From an uncultured Verrucomicrobiae bacterium (GTDB taxonomy: Bacteria > Verrucomicrobiota > Verrucomicrobiia > Chthoniobacterales > Chthoniobacteraceae): a stretch of 64,000 bases of DNA. The position numbers and the translations under genes are program-made. Under the pieces are notes generated by a model, which was given only the letters and a program-made list of their open reading frames with translations, ran no database searches and was not told the DNA's origin. Below, one piece after another: positions 51,949 through 61,973 of the stretch; positions within the stretch are counted from its first letter, which is position 1; each line of letters starts with the position of its first letter. Location of the stretch: the NCBI GenBank assembly GCA_963828525.1, contig CAWHEP010000006.1, positions 42,728 to 106,727 of the forward strand, in the 5' to 3' direction.

Positions 51949-52806
51949 ATGACGTTTCCCAGGATCGCAATCATCGGACCCGGCTTGCTGGGAGGCTCAA
52001 TCGCCCGCGCAATCCGCGCGCGGCACCCTGGCTCTCACATCGCTATCTGGACGCGCCGCCCGGATTCTCTCCCTCTGATCCAATCGATGGGCCTTTCAGA
52101 CCGCGCGTCCACTGATCTGTCAGAAACTGTGGACGATGCTGAGATGATCGTCCTCTCCGTGCCTATCGGAGCTATGGCTCCTCTTGGGGCCGCCTTTGTT
52201 TCGTCGATCAAACATGACGCGATCATCACGGATGTTGGAAGTGTCAAAGCGCCTGTCGTTGACTCATTGTCCGCCATCTTCAAAGAACGTGGCCGCTTCG
52301 TGGGAAGCCACCCGATGGCAGGATCCGAGCGCTCCGGGCTTGCGGCGTCGCGCGCTGACTTGTTTGAGGGAACGGCATGCATCCTGACGCCGCATCCCGG
52401 CGCGGATCCGGATGCCATATCCGCGGTGGATGAGTTTTGGGTTGCCCTCGGCTGTCGCACCTGCCGCATGCCCGCTATGGAACACGACGAAGCCATGGCG
52501 CTTGTCAGCCACCTGCCTCACCTCCTCGCGGCGGCGCTGGTGAACTTTGTGCATGCCCGCGCCCCCCGCGCTTTCGACGTGTGCGGCAACGGCTTCCGCG
52601 ATACCACCCGCATCGCGTCAGGGTCGCCTGACATGTGGGCCGAAATCTTCGCGACCAATCGTGACTTTTTGAAGAACGCCGTGAATAATCTGTCTCGGGA
52701 ACTGGCCGGCCTTGGCCATCTCCTGGACGAAGCGGACGACGAAAGCATGAGAAAAATCTTAGCGCAAGCAAAGGAGACGAGGGACGCCTTGGCGGCCGGA
52801 AATTGA
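51949..52806 (+). CDS. tyrA: Prephenate dehydrogenase
   Basis: GPGLLGGS, TDVGSVK, HPMAGSE, SHLPH, FRDTTRIA. Confidence 0.92.
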   Translation: MTFPRIAIIGPGLLGGSIARAIRARHPGSHIAIWTRRPDSLPLIQSMGLSDRASTDLSETVDDAEMIVLSVPIGAMAPLGAAFVSSIKHDAIITDVGSVKAPVVDSLSAIFKERGRFVGSHPMAGSERSGLAASRADLFEGTACILTPHPGADPDAISAVDEFWVALGCRTCRMPAMEHDEAMALVSHLPHLLAAALVNFVHARAPRAFDVCGNGFRDTTRIASGSPDMWAEIFATNRDFLKNAVNNLSRELAGLGHLLDEADDESMRKILAQAKETRDALAAGN

Positions 52807-52807
52807 T

Positions 52808-54149
52808 ATGGCGTACTGGAAAATAAAGAAAGCTCCCGTCATTCAGGGAGAGATCAGCGTGCCGGGCGACAAAAGCATCTCGCACAGGGCCGTCATCATC
52901 GCGGCAATGTCTAACGGCACATGCGTCATCAACGGGTTTCTGCCCAGTGAAGACTGCATGCGCACTGTGGATGCGATGCGCGCCTTGGGTGTCGAAATTG
53001 AGCAGCCTGAACCTGCGACCCTTATCGTGAAGGGTAAAAAGCGGAAGTTCGACGCGCCGACTGGCGATATTGACTGCGGCAACTCCGGCACGACCATGCG
53101 CCTGCTTTGCGGGGTCCTCGCTGCCCAGCCTTTCCGCTCCCGGCTGGTGGGAGATGCCTCCTTGTCACGCCGCCCGATGAAGCGGGTGATCGATCCTCTC
53201 ACCGAGATGGGCGCCACCATCACCGCCGAAGGGGACAAGGGCCGTCCTCCGCTGGTCATCCAGGGCGGCAAGCTTCGTCCAATCCAATACTTCATGCCTG
53301 TCGCGAGCGCGCAGGTCAAAAGCGCGATCCTCCTTGCCAGCCTTTCCGCGAAGGGCAAGACCGTCGTCACCGAGCCTCTTCAGAGCCGCGACCACACGGA
53401 GCGCATCCTTCGCTACTTTCTGGTGCATTCCCAGAAGGATGACCTCAGCGTCTCGATCTTCGGTGAGCAGACTCCCGAGTCCCGCGACTTTACCGTTCCC
53501 GGCGACATTTCCAGCGCCGCGTTCTGGCTCACTGCCGCAGCCGCTCAGCCAAGGTCTGATTTTCTGGTGAAGGATGTCGGCCTGAACGACACCCGCACTG
53601 GTGTTCTCCCTGTTTTACTGAGGATGGGAGCGCACGTGCGCGAGATCATCGGCGAGGTCGAGCAGGGCGAGCCTCATGGCATCATTGAGATCAAGGGTAC
53701 CCAGTTGAAAGGCACTGTCATTCGCGGCAAGGAAATCCCGAACGTCATCGACGAACTGCCTATTCTGGCAGTCGCTGGCGCGCTCGCGCGCGGCACGACA
53801 ACCATCGCTGACGCCGGAGAGTTGCGCCTGAAGGAGTCGGATCGCATTGCCGCGCTTGCGAAAAATCTGCGCGCGATGGGCGCCCAGCTTTCGGAAACGG
53901 AAGATGGCCTGGAGATCTATGGTGGCGTTCCGCTTCGCGGAGCCCGGGTCAGCAGTTTCGGAGACCACAGGATCGCCATGGCCTTCGCGATCGCGGGTCT
54001 CTTCGCGGAAGGGGAGACCATTGTGGACGACATCGATTGTGTGGCGACGCTCGTACCCAGATTTTTACAAAACTCTCGAGATGCTCTGCAACGCCCAACC
54101 CGGGCAGCGAACCACGCAGGTCATAAGCTCCCTCCCTTCCAGGCACTGA
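52808..54149 (+). CDS. aroA: 3-phosphoshikimate 1-carboxyvinyltransferase (frameshift near 54050)
   Basis: PGDKSISHR, GNSGTT, SAQVKS, RDHTE, KESDRI, DHRIAM. The conserved end SYPDF lies in the shifted frame that stops at 54149. Confidence 0.95.
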
Positions 54150-54157
54150 GTTTCTCT

Positions 54158-54841
54158 GTGATTTCTCCTCTCGCAGGGCAGCCGCACCTGGTTGTCGCCA
54201 TCGATGGCCCAGCCGCCTCCGGTAAAAGTAGTGTTTCCCGGCGCCTGGCGAAGAAACTGGGCTGGACCTACGTAAATACGGGGGCCATGTACCGGGCGGT
54301 GACTTGGTTCATCCTGGAGAAGGGTGTCAGCGTGGATGATCCGGCCGCCGTAGCCGCGTCCTTGGGCGATATGGTTTTCCGCTGCGAAATCCGCGATCAG
54401 GAGTCCGCCATCCTGATCGGCGACGTTGACCCATCTCCATGGCTACGGGACGAGGAGGTTAACGCCGGCGTCTCCCCAATTTCCGCGATTCCCGCTGTAA
54501 GGGATCGCCTGGTGGCCATCCAACGGGCATTCTCGAATGACCACGATTTGGTGATGGAAGGACGCGACATCGGCTCCGTTGTTTTCCCTGACACCCCGTA
54601 CAAGTTCTACATCGATGCTTCCCCGGACGTGCGCGCGCGAAGGCGAAATTTACAAGGCCAGCGCGACGAGATAAAAGCGAGGGATCGCACCGACTCGTCC
54701 CGGCGCGCCTCGCCCCTGATCATCGCCGAGGATGCCCATGTCATTGACAGTTCAAATCTCACCATTGACGGAGTTGTCGGTGAGATCACGGGTCTGTTGA
54801 AGCTGAAGGGATTGTCCATTCGCGACGCCTGGGACGCCTGA
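54158..54841 (+). CDS. cmk: Cytidylate kinase
   Basis: AIDGPAASGKSS, TGAMYRA, EGRDIGSVVFP, RDRTDSSR. Confidence 0.93.
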   Translation: MISPLAGQPHLVVAIDGPAASGKSSVSRRLAKKLGWTYVNTGAMYRAVTWFILEKGVSVDDPAAVAASLGDMVFRCEIRDQESAILIGDVDPSPWLRDEEVNAGVSPISAIPAVRDRLVAIQRAFSNDHDLVMEGRDIGSVVFPDTPYKFYIDASPDVRARRRNLQGQRDEIKARDRTDSSRRASPLIIAEDAHVIDSSNLTIDGVVGEITGLLKLKGLSIRDAWDA

Positions 54842-54861
54842 GAATAAATTGGACAACTGAC

Positions 54862-55494
54862 ATGGGAGCAACTTACGCGTTTGGCTATAACCTCACGAAG
54901 GTCCTCGCGAAGGCCTTCTTTTCCTATCGGGTGGTTAACCGGGAGCGAATCATCGAAGAGGGCGGCGCCATCCTCGCCATGAATCACCAAAGCTTCCTGG
55001 ATCCGCCACTCGCTGGCATCGCTTGCCGGCGGCAGATTTCATTCCTTGCGCGCAAGACTCTGCTGGATTGGCCTATCATGGGGCCGATCTTCCCGAAGCT
55101 CAACGTGGTGCCCGTCAATCAGGAGCGCGCCGATATGAGCGCGCTGAAAACGGTGATAAGGCTGGTGAAGGCTGGCGGCTGCACCGTCATCTTCCCTGAG
55201 GGCGGTCGCACCGAGGATGGAGGCTTGCAGCCCGCGCAGCCCGGACTTGGGCTGGTGATCGCGAAGACGCTGGCGCCCGTTGTGCCGATGCGAATCTTCG
55301 GAGCGTTCGAGGCCTTCCCGCGCGGGGCCAAATACCCCAGAGCTCATCCCATTACCCTGGTGGTCGGAGAACCGATCCGTTTCACGCAGGAGGATCTGAC
55401 CGGCAGCGGTCGAGAACTTTACCAGGGCTTGAGTGACCGCGTCATGAAACAAATTGCCACGCTCGCCCTGCCCCCGGAGTATGCCCGCGGATAG
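54862..55494 (+). CDS. plsC: 1-acyl-sn-glycerol-3-phosphate acyltransferase
   Basis: NHQSFLD, FLAR, IFPEGGR. Confidence 0.88.
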   Translation: MGATYAFGYNLTKVLAKAFFSYRVVNRERIIEEGGAILAMNHQSFLDPPLAGIACRRQISFLARKTLLDWPIMGPIFPKLNVVPVNQERADMSALKTVIRLVKAGGCTVIFPEGGRTEDGGLQPAQPGLGLVIAKTLAPVVPMRIFGAFEAFPRGAKYPRAHPITLVVGEPIRFTQEDLTGSGRELYQGLSDRVMKQIATLALPPEYARG

Positions 55495-55906
55495 GCGCGT
55501 CCCCGAAGCTCCGGCGGAAGAGAGGATACTCGGGGCGAAGTGGGCCGTGATCCTCTGCGTTGGAATGTTGCTCGGCTTCTGCGGCGTCATCGTCTCTGCA
55601 ATCGATGACAAACGTCACTTGTCCACCATCGAAACCATCAGCGAGCCGACGGCTGTCGGAGACACAAGGCTTTTTCCGTCATCGGATATTCAGCCGGACA
55701 AACAGGTTGCCCTCTGGAACGCGCATCCACTTTTCCTCGGTAAGGCGGATCTCGTTCACGCGGAAGATGCCTCCATGCTCAAAATGGGAATGGAGGACGG
55801 CGGTAAATACTTCGTTTACAAGCCCGCGGAGAAAGATCCATCTTCAAACGGAGCCGCGCTGTTCCTCAAAGTGCATTCCGGCGAATTCGTTAGAGTCCGT
55901 CAGTAG
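55481..55906 (+). CDS. Hypothetical membrane-anchored protein
   Basis: Single N-terminal hydrophobic helix, overlaps the plsC end. Confidence 0.55.
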   Translation: MPADRRVPEAPAEERILGAKWAVILCVGMLLGFCGVIVSAIDDKRHLSTIETISEPTAVGDTRLFPSSDIQPDKQVALWNAHPLFLGKADLVHAEDASMLKMGMEDGGKYFVYKPAEKDPSSNGAALFLKVHSGEFVRVRQ

Positions 55907-56031
55907 TGGGGTCTCCGCGTTACGGTATGGAAGGGGAGGGGCTGCCGCCTAAGAAGACTGTGCCACCCGGTCGAGCGTCCAGACGTAATAATCATCTCTG
56001 CGTAAGCCGTTTAAAGACAGCTTAAGCCGGA

Positions 56032-56907
56032 TCAGAGATGGCTGGCTGAAACCGGCGAATCCAGCCGGGCGGCCCACCGGATGCCCGCCAGCAGATGAGC
56101 CTGCATCTCCGGCTCCAGAAAAGCCGAACCGAAGTGCCCCATCGCTGTGTAGAACGATCGTCCTCCCTCGAACTCATGGCACCAGGCGATTACGTGAGGT
56201 TGAACCACCGCCTCCGGCGATCCCACCGGCGGAATCTTCCCGGCGCGCGTTCCCTTTTCGACAACGCCATCGCCGTGCCAGAACGTTTCACCCACTTGCA
56301 GGAGCGGGGTCACGTTCATGAGGGGACCTTCGAAAGAATACCACTCGTCATTTCGCGTCCAGCGAGCGGGCAACCCCTTGTCTGCGGGATGGGCCGGATC
56401 AAGCACCGTCACCGTTGCCGTTTGCACCCATGGATGCCCTCCAAAGCGCGCGCCAAGCAATTCGCCATACCAAGGCCATTTTTTCTCCGCCGTTGAGGCC
56501 CCGTGTATCCCTACAAATCCTCCGCCCGCGCGGATATAGGCGACCAGCGCGTCGCGTTGGGCGGGAGTAAAGAGGTCGCCGCTCGTATCAAGAAAGACCA
56601 GCGCTTTGTAAGGCTTCAGTCCGAGGTCAGTAAAGCAGCGCGAATCGTCTGTTTCATCAACGGCGATCTGGTTCGTCTCCAGCAGCGCCTTGAGATTGCG
56701 TTCGCACTCCGGTAGCGTGAGATGCCGATAGCCCGCCATCTTTGTAAAGATTAGAGCGCGGGGAATTCCTTCCCCGGTGAGTTGCGATCTTGCCACGTTG
56801 CCCAATTCGGAAACGGTTTGCGCGCGAATATCGGGCTGGATCAGAAAAGCAACGGCGATGAGGACAAGCGCAAAGCGGCGTCTCGCGACAAAACTCGGCG
56901 TAGTCAT
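56032..56907 (-). CDS. ThuA (trehalose utilisation)-like domain protein
   Basis: Signal peptide, GYRH, GGGFVGIH, WPWY..LLG, DEWY, GRSFYTAMGH. Confidence 0.88.
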   Translation of the reverse strand: MTTPSFVARRRFALVLIAVAFLIQPDIRAQTVSELGNVARSQLTGEGIPRALIFTKMAGYRHLTLPECERNLKALLETNQIAVDETDDSRCFTDLGLKPYKALVFLDTSGDLFTPAQRDALVAYIRAGGGFVGIHGASTAEKKWPWYGELLGARFGGHPWVQTATVTVLDPAHPADKGLPARWTRNDEWYSFEGPLMNVTPLLQVGETFWHGDGVVEKGTRAGKIPPVGSPEAVVQPHVIAWCHEFEGGRSFYTAMGHFGSAFLEPEMQAHLLAGIRWAARLDSPVSASHL

Positions 56908-57154
56908 AAGGTCACGTTGTCCTCCCGACCGAGCATTGTCAGTAGAAAATCGATGAGCTTCGCGAGACGATGCTGTCTGTTCAACGCTGGGCAGGAATGC
57001 TGAGACACGCCCCGAAGAAACTCGGCCGAAGAAGCAAATCGGTAAGATAAATAAACTCTTTCTTGATGCTTAACGAGCGTCTCACTAAAGTCAGCCGAAA
57101 ATGATCTGATGCGGTAACTGAGCTCCGGTCTTCTGCCTACAGCGCATTTTACCG

Positions 57155-57690
57155 ATGAAGGATAATCTTCTAATACCAACTATCATGTTTTTATCCGCAC
57201 TGGTTTGCTGCGTCTTCTCACGCCAAAAGCAAATTGCTTGCCGATCAAGGCGGCGATCGCCAGCACCCTCGTTCTCAACAGCCGCTGCTCTGTGCTTGCT
57301 CATCTCCACCTTCGCGCGTGCTCAGGGGACGTGTGGCACCTACGGAAGCCTCTCCGTTTCAGGCACTGCGGCGGTGAATTATCTCGATATCCTGGGTAAC
57401 TCCGCTTCCTTTGGCGCATGGACCGGCAAACTTTCTGAACCGGGGGCCGACTTAACTTATTTCGAGGGCACCGGGGGAACTGGCGCCTGGTTTACCAATA
57501 TCCTCACCCGACCCGGCTCAGCTTGGAGTTGGCAGCGCTTGGACGGATCAGGGAACGCATGGGGGTAATGCAACTCGACGGGTCAAACCGATTGGTTCTC
57601 ACTGGCACCCAGACTCAAATGCTGGCTCGATTGTGATTGATCCGACAGCGGGCGCTATAACGATCAACAACCAGCGTGTACTCACAGGGA
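57155..57690 (+). pseudogene. Fragment of a secreted protein upstream of the Rhs remnant
   Basis: ORF 57155-57568 continues in shifted frames (MQLDGSNRLVLTG, GSIVIDPTAGAITINNQRVLTG) and then joins Rhs sequence abruptly. Confidence 0.45.
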
Positions 57691-58400
57691 GCCAGATTCA
57701 AAACCTTTCTCGATGGCGTCGCGACGAGCGCGGCTTTCGACACCCTTGGCAGGGCTGCCTCCGCGACGAGTCCGCTTGGACCGACCACTTACGGCTATGA
57801 TGGCAATTCGGGCCGGGTTCTCACCGCTACCGAATCCAATGGGCAACCGCCGCATTCAGCTATTTGAACAATTCCGGGAACGGCGTCTGGGCGAGATCGC
57901 GTATTCCGCGCCGGACGGCACACAGCTTCTCCGGCACGATTACACCTACGATCCGTTGGGCGGATCCAGACATGGGCTCAGGCCGGAGGCGATTTGGCGC
58001 AGGCGCAAACCTATGCGTTTGCCTACCAGGGCGACCGGCTAAGGAGCGCGACTGTGTCAGGTGCCGGGAATTCGCCGCTCAGGCATCACGAGTACGGGTA
58101 CGACGCCGCTGATAACCGAGTGACCGAGCAGGACGGCGCGGCGGTGAGCACCGCTTTTGTGGATGGCCTGAACCAAGTCGAACGCGCCGCGGGCGGTGGG
58201 ATGATGAGGCTCAGCGGTGCCGACGACAAGCCTGCCGTGGTGCGCATCGGGGGCAACCTTGCCGAACAGGAGAGTGGCAACCAGTTTTCCGGTTACGGGC
58301 AGGTAGTTCCTGGCCTAAATTCCCTGCCCACCACTGCCACCGACAGCGACGGGAACACCCGCACCGGCAACATCCAGATGACTGTTACCGACTGGCGGCG
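57690..58400 (+). pseudogene. Rhs/YD-repeat protein internal fragment
   Basis: FDTLGR, YGYDGNSGR, HDYTYDPLGR, HEYGYDAADNR, DGLNQ repeats over several frames. No PxxxxDPxG core end. Confidence 0.8.
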
Positions 58401-58484
58401 GTGCGATTGAGGCTGTTGTAGGGCCAAACGGCGTTCGACTGAATAGTTTTCACTACAGCCCTGTAATTCTTGGGAATTAACATC

Positions 58485-58718
58485 ATGGCTTACGATTACA
58501 TCACACACTCGAAGCGGATAGAAGAGCAGCTAAGGCTCGCGGGACTTTCCGAAGCTGCTGAACGTTAATAGACGCTCGCCTGGGTGGGGAACCAGCGGTG
58601 AGATTCTGATGGCGCTGCGATTCGTGTCAAAGACCTGATTGCTTCCGGTCAAATAGTCGGCCCAATTCGAGTCGAGGCCGAGAGCCTAATTGCTGAAATC
58701 AACCGGTCGGGCGTTTAG
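58485..58718 (+). pseudogene. Small putative immunity protein (frameshifted), preceded by a toxin-tail-like remnant
   Basis: MAYDYITHSKRIEEQLRLAGLSEAAE...GTSGEILMALRF...EAESLIAEIN. The upstream frame ends ...GPNGVRLNSFHYSPVILGN-stop at 58480. Confidence 0.45.
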
Positions 58719-58730
58719 CAAAGCACTCCA

Positions 58731-59324
58731 ATGAGCTTCCAAGTGCCGACTCTCAATCAATTCCGGCGCTTGATTGCACTCCTTTTGGCGTGCTTCCTTT
58801 CGGCGTTTGCGCAGGTTACCCCAGCTTTTGGAATCCTCGTCGCAGCGTCGGCTACCACAGCCTACGACAGAACAGTTGCCTACGACGGCTCCCGAAGCTC
58901 ATCTTCGGCATACGAAGATGCCGCGAGGCCACCGAACGCCGAAGAAAAACACGTTTCCGGAGCGGCACGCGCCATTTTTGCCCGATTCGGCGATTTACTT
59001 GCCGCAGAGACGGGAGGCGGCCAGATGACAACAGTAATTGGTCGCATGGAGCATCTGGAACCGTTTGCGGACAATCCAGCGATTGACACTTGGGCCAAAT
59101 CTGGCGGATTCCACAGGCAGGCGATCCACCTGTGACGTGGGCGGAAAATAAAGCCTGGCTCGATGCGCGGATCGCGCGAGGGGACAAATTTCGAATTGCA
59201 CAGATCCGGCTACATTGCCTCCTGTTGTAGGAGGGTAATCCCCGGTGTGCCTAATGGATACTTTACCGCTAAAAAAGATAGATATCTCCTGAAGCAGGGC
59301 GTTGACATTATCCCGAAGCACTAA
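58731..59324 (+). pseudogene. Short signal-peptide polymorphic toxin (frameshifted)
   Basis: Signal peptide, AYD/YD-rich linker and LAAETGG junction, then a C-terminal domain ...WAENKAWLDARIARGDKF.IA.DP...GYFTAK...YL..QG resembling Rhs toxin tips. Confidence 0.55.
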
Positions 59325-59328
59325 GGTC

Positions 59329-59701
59329 ATGAAGAACGACATGAAGAACGGATACCAGATTATCGAGCCCGCGGTGCTTCAAAGACTGTTCGGTGATCCG
59401 AAGCATTTTGAATTTGCGGTCGCGATATTCTCTTGGCTAATAGGCTGTGTTAAATCTCGGGCTTTGCGATCAACTGACTGAGGTCGAGATTGAGGTTATT
59501 CGAGTGACATACCTCGGTAGCTATCCGGCGATAGGAATTCGATATCTCAACGATCCAAAAGCGGATTTGGTCCGCTTGTTGAAAAGGAGATTGATCGACT
59601 TTTGGAAGGATAAAGTAGTTCTCGATTTCGCAGAGTTTTTAAGTGTGAGTGGAGTATCGTGGAGCGAGGTTACAAAAAAGCTTTTGTCGGAGGGGGACTA
59701 G
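59329..59701 (+). CDS. Putative immunity protein (frameshifted)
   Basis: AT-richer ORF starting 4 bp after the toxin stop. Confidence 0.45.
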
Positions 59702-59766
59702 CAGGCGCAACGGGCAACAAGCGATTGGACATAAAGCCGAGGCGACCCAACGGGTGGGATTTAGTA

Positions 59767-59851
59767 GAGGGGTGCTGAAGGGGTCAGTCCTTGCCTCTTG
59801 ACATTGTGTGAGGGGTGCTGAAGGGGTCAGTCCTTGCCTCTTGACATTGTG
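59767..59851 (+). repeat. Two identical 42-bp direct repeats (43-bp period), each containing the left inverted repeat AAGGGGTCAGTCCTTGC and a TTGACA box
   Basis: GAGGGGTGCTGAAGGGGTCAGTCCTTGCCTCTTGACATTGTG at 59767 and 59810. Confidence 0.95.
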
Positions 59852-59875
59852 GAATTCCCCTGGTAATCGGGAGGC

Positions 59876-60898
59876 ATGCCCCGCAAATTGCGCATTCAAT
59901 TTCCCGGCGCCCTTTACCATGTGTTGGATCGCGGGGATCGCCGCGAGGCCATTTTCCGAGATGACGCCGACCGGGAGCGGTTCCTTGAGACGCTGGGGGA
60001 GGTCTGTGCCCGGACCGGGTGGCGCCTCCATGCTTATGTGCTCATGAGCAATCACTATCATCTGCTGCTGGAAACCCCGGAGCCGAACCTGGCCGCCGGC
60101 ATGAGATGGTTCCAGGGAACCTATTCCATCCGGTTCAATTGCCGGCATAAGCTGCACGGGCACGTCTTCCAGGGGCGCTACAAGGCCGTGTTGGTGGACC
60201 CGGAGGAAAAGGAATATTTCCTCACCGTGAGCGACTATATCCATCTCAATCCCGTGCGAGCTGGCCTCATCGCGCCGGAGAAGAAATTGTGCGAGTATCG
60301 CTGGAGCAGTTACCCGCTTTACGCGCGCACGCGCGGGAAGATGCCCCCGTGGCTGGCCCTGGGGACGGTTCTGGGAGAACTCGGCCTGGAAGACCGTGCG
60401 GGGGATCGCTGGCGCTATGCCGGGCGCATGGAAGGGCGGATCACGGAGGAAAGGAAGAGGTCGAAGGCGCGGGTGGAGGAACTCAAGGAACTGCGCCGGG
60501 GATGGTGCCTGGGTGGAGTGGAATTCCGCCAGCGTGCGCTGGCCCTGATTGAGGGCCTGAGCGATCGGTTGAAGCAGAAGAAACAGATGGACAGCGGAGC
60601 CAGGCAGGAGCATACCGAGCAGGAGGCCGAGGCCTTGGTCCGGCGCGCCCTGACCGCTCTCGATTTGAAAGACGAAGACCTCGCGAAAATGCAAAAGAAG
60701 GACGAACGCAAAATCCTCATCGGCAAGCTGGTGCGCAAGCACACGCTGGCGAGGAATGCGTGGATTGGCCTGCGGCTGCGGATGGGCGACGCCACGCGGG
60801 TCAGCCGGTATTGCGGCGGCCAAGGAGAGGCGCAAACCAACCGTGCCTTTCAATGCCAGATGGCTGCCCTGGAGAGGAAGGCAATATGCAAGGACTGA
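59876..60898 (+). CDS. Y1 HUH transposase (RAYT / IS200-like superfamily) with C-terminal extension
   Basis: MPRKLRIQFPGALYHVLDRG, HAYVLMSNHYHLL (HUH), FQGRYKA, YIHLNPVRAG (catalytic Tyr), YRWSSY. Confidence 0.93.
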   Translation: MPRKLRIQFPGALYHVLDRGDRREAIFRDDADRERFLETLGEVCARTGWRLHAYVLMSNHYHLLLETPEPNLAAGMRWFQGTYSIRFNCRHKLHGHVFQGRYKAVLVDPEEKEYFLTVSDYIHLNPVRAGLIAPEKKLCEYRWSSYPLYARTRGKMPPWLALGTVLGELGLEDRAGDRWRYAGRMEGRITEERKRSKARVEELKELRRGWCLGGVEFRQRALALIEGLSDRLKQKKQMDSGARQEHTEQEAEALVRRALTALDLKDEDLAKMQKKDERKILIGKLVRKHTLARNAWIGLRLRMGDATRVSRYCGGQGEAQTNRAFQCQMAALERKAICKD

Positions 60899-60959
60899 CC
60901 CCTTTTGTTCCTACCTGGAGAGGAAGGCAATATGCAAGGACTGACCCCTTTTGTTCCTA
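60868..60959 (+). repeat. Two identical 46-bp tandem repeats containing the right inverted repeat
   Basis: CCTGGAGAGGAAGGCAATATGCAAGGACTGACCCCTTTTGTTCCTA at 60868 and 60914. Confidence 0.95.
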
Positions 60960-61672
60960 CCCGGAGGAAAAGGAATATTTTCCTCACCGTGAGCGACTAT
61001 ATCCATCTCAATCCCGTGCGAACTGGCCTCATCGCGCCGGAGAAGAAATTGTGCGAGTATCGCTGGAGCAGTTACCCGCTTTACGTGCACACGCGCAGGA
61101 AGATGCCCCCGTGGCTGGCCCTGGGGACGGTTCTGGGAGAACTCGGCCTGGAAGACCGTGCGGGGGATCGCTGGCGCTATGCCGGGCGCATGGAAGGGCG
61201 GATCACGGAGGAAAGGAAGAGGTCGAAGGCGCGGGTGGAGGAACTCAAGGAACTGCGCCGGGGATGGTGCCTGGGTGGAGTGGAATTCCGCCAGCGTGCG
61301 CTGGCCCTGATTGAGGGCCTGAGCGATCGGTTGAAGCAGAAGAAACAGATGGACAGCGGAGCCAGGCAGGAGCATACCGAGCAGGAGGCCAAGGCCTTGG
61401 TCCGGAGCGCCCTGACCGCTCTCGATTTGAAAGACGAAGACCTCGCGAAAATGCAAAAGAAGGACGAACGCAAAATCCTCATCGGCAAGCTGGTGCGCAA
61501 GCACACGCTGGCGAGGAATGCGTGGATTGGCCGGCGGCTGCGGATGGGCGACGCCACGCGGGTCAGCCGGTATTGCGGCGGCCAAGGAGAGGCGCAAACC
61601 AACCGTGCTTTTCAATGCCAGATGGCTGCCCTGGAGAGGAAGGCAATATGCAAGGACTGACCCCTTTTGTTC
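60959..61672 (+). pseudogene. Duplicate of the 3' two-thirds of the transposase plus right IR
   Basis: Copy of 60198-60910. By eye it has at least 8 substitutions and one extra T. It lacks the HUH motif. Confidence 0.9.
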
Positions 61673-61674
61673 TA

Positions 61675-61960
61675 TTCCTTGGCGGACGGAACGGCAGTCA
61701 GGTATAGCAGTAAAGGCTTCGCGGATTTTTCGCCCTACCTTTACAAGGGCACCGCTGGCGAGAGTCAGGTCAGCATCGCGTTGACCGGCAACAGAAGCTT
61801 GGATGAAGTTGCCGCCAACGCGGCAGCAGGATTTAACAATACTCCTCTTGGATACATTTGGCATCACAATGAGGATGTCGGATTGATGCAACTTATTGAA
61901 GGCGACGTCCATAGTTCGTTTCCACATACTGGCGGATTCTCGCTGGGTAAGCCTTACTAG
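61675..61960 (+). CDS. Orphan WHH-type HNH/EndoVII nuclease toxin tip (5'-truncated)
   Basis: GFADFSPY...GNRSLD..AAN...GYIWHHNED.GLMQLI...VH....HTGG. No start codon with a ribosome site; it begins immediately after the element end. Confidence 0.85.
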
Positions 61961-61973
61961 TTTAAGTCCAAAT

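Larger units (their letters stand above)
59778..61666. mobile_element. Inverted-repeat-bounded Y1 HUH transposase element with end-anchored duplications
   Basis: Left IR at 59778 and 59821. Exact reverse complement GCAAGGACTGACCCCTT at 60888, 60934 and 61650. Confidence 0.8.

Noticed and set aside
52808..54841. Apparent 677-aa AroA-Cmk fusion in the ORF track
   Set aside because: The conserved AroA ending (SYPDF) lies in another frame that stops at 54149, and the linker reads as out-of-frame sequence. A single indel near 54050 explains the fusion in a region full of indels.
59767..60959. 43-bp and 46-bp repeats as a CRISPR array
   Set aside because: Only two adjacent copies each, no unique spacers and no cas genes. 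They are duplicated element ends.
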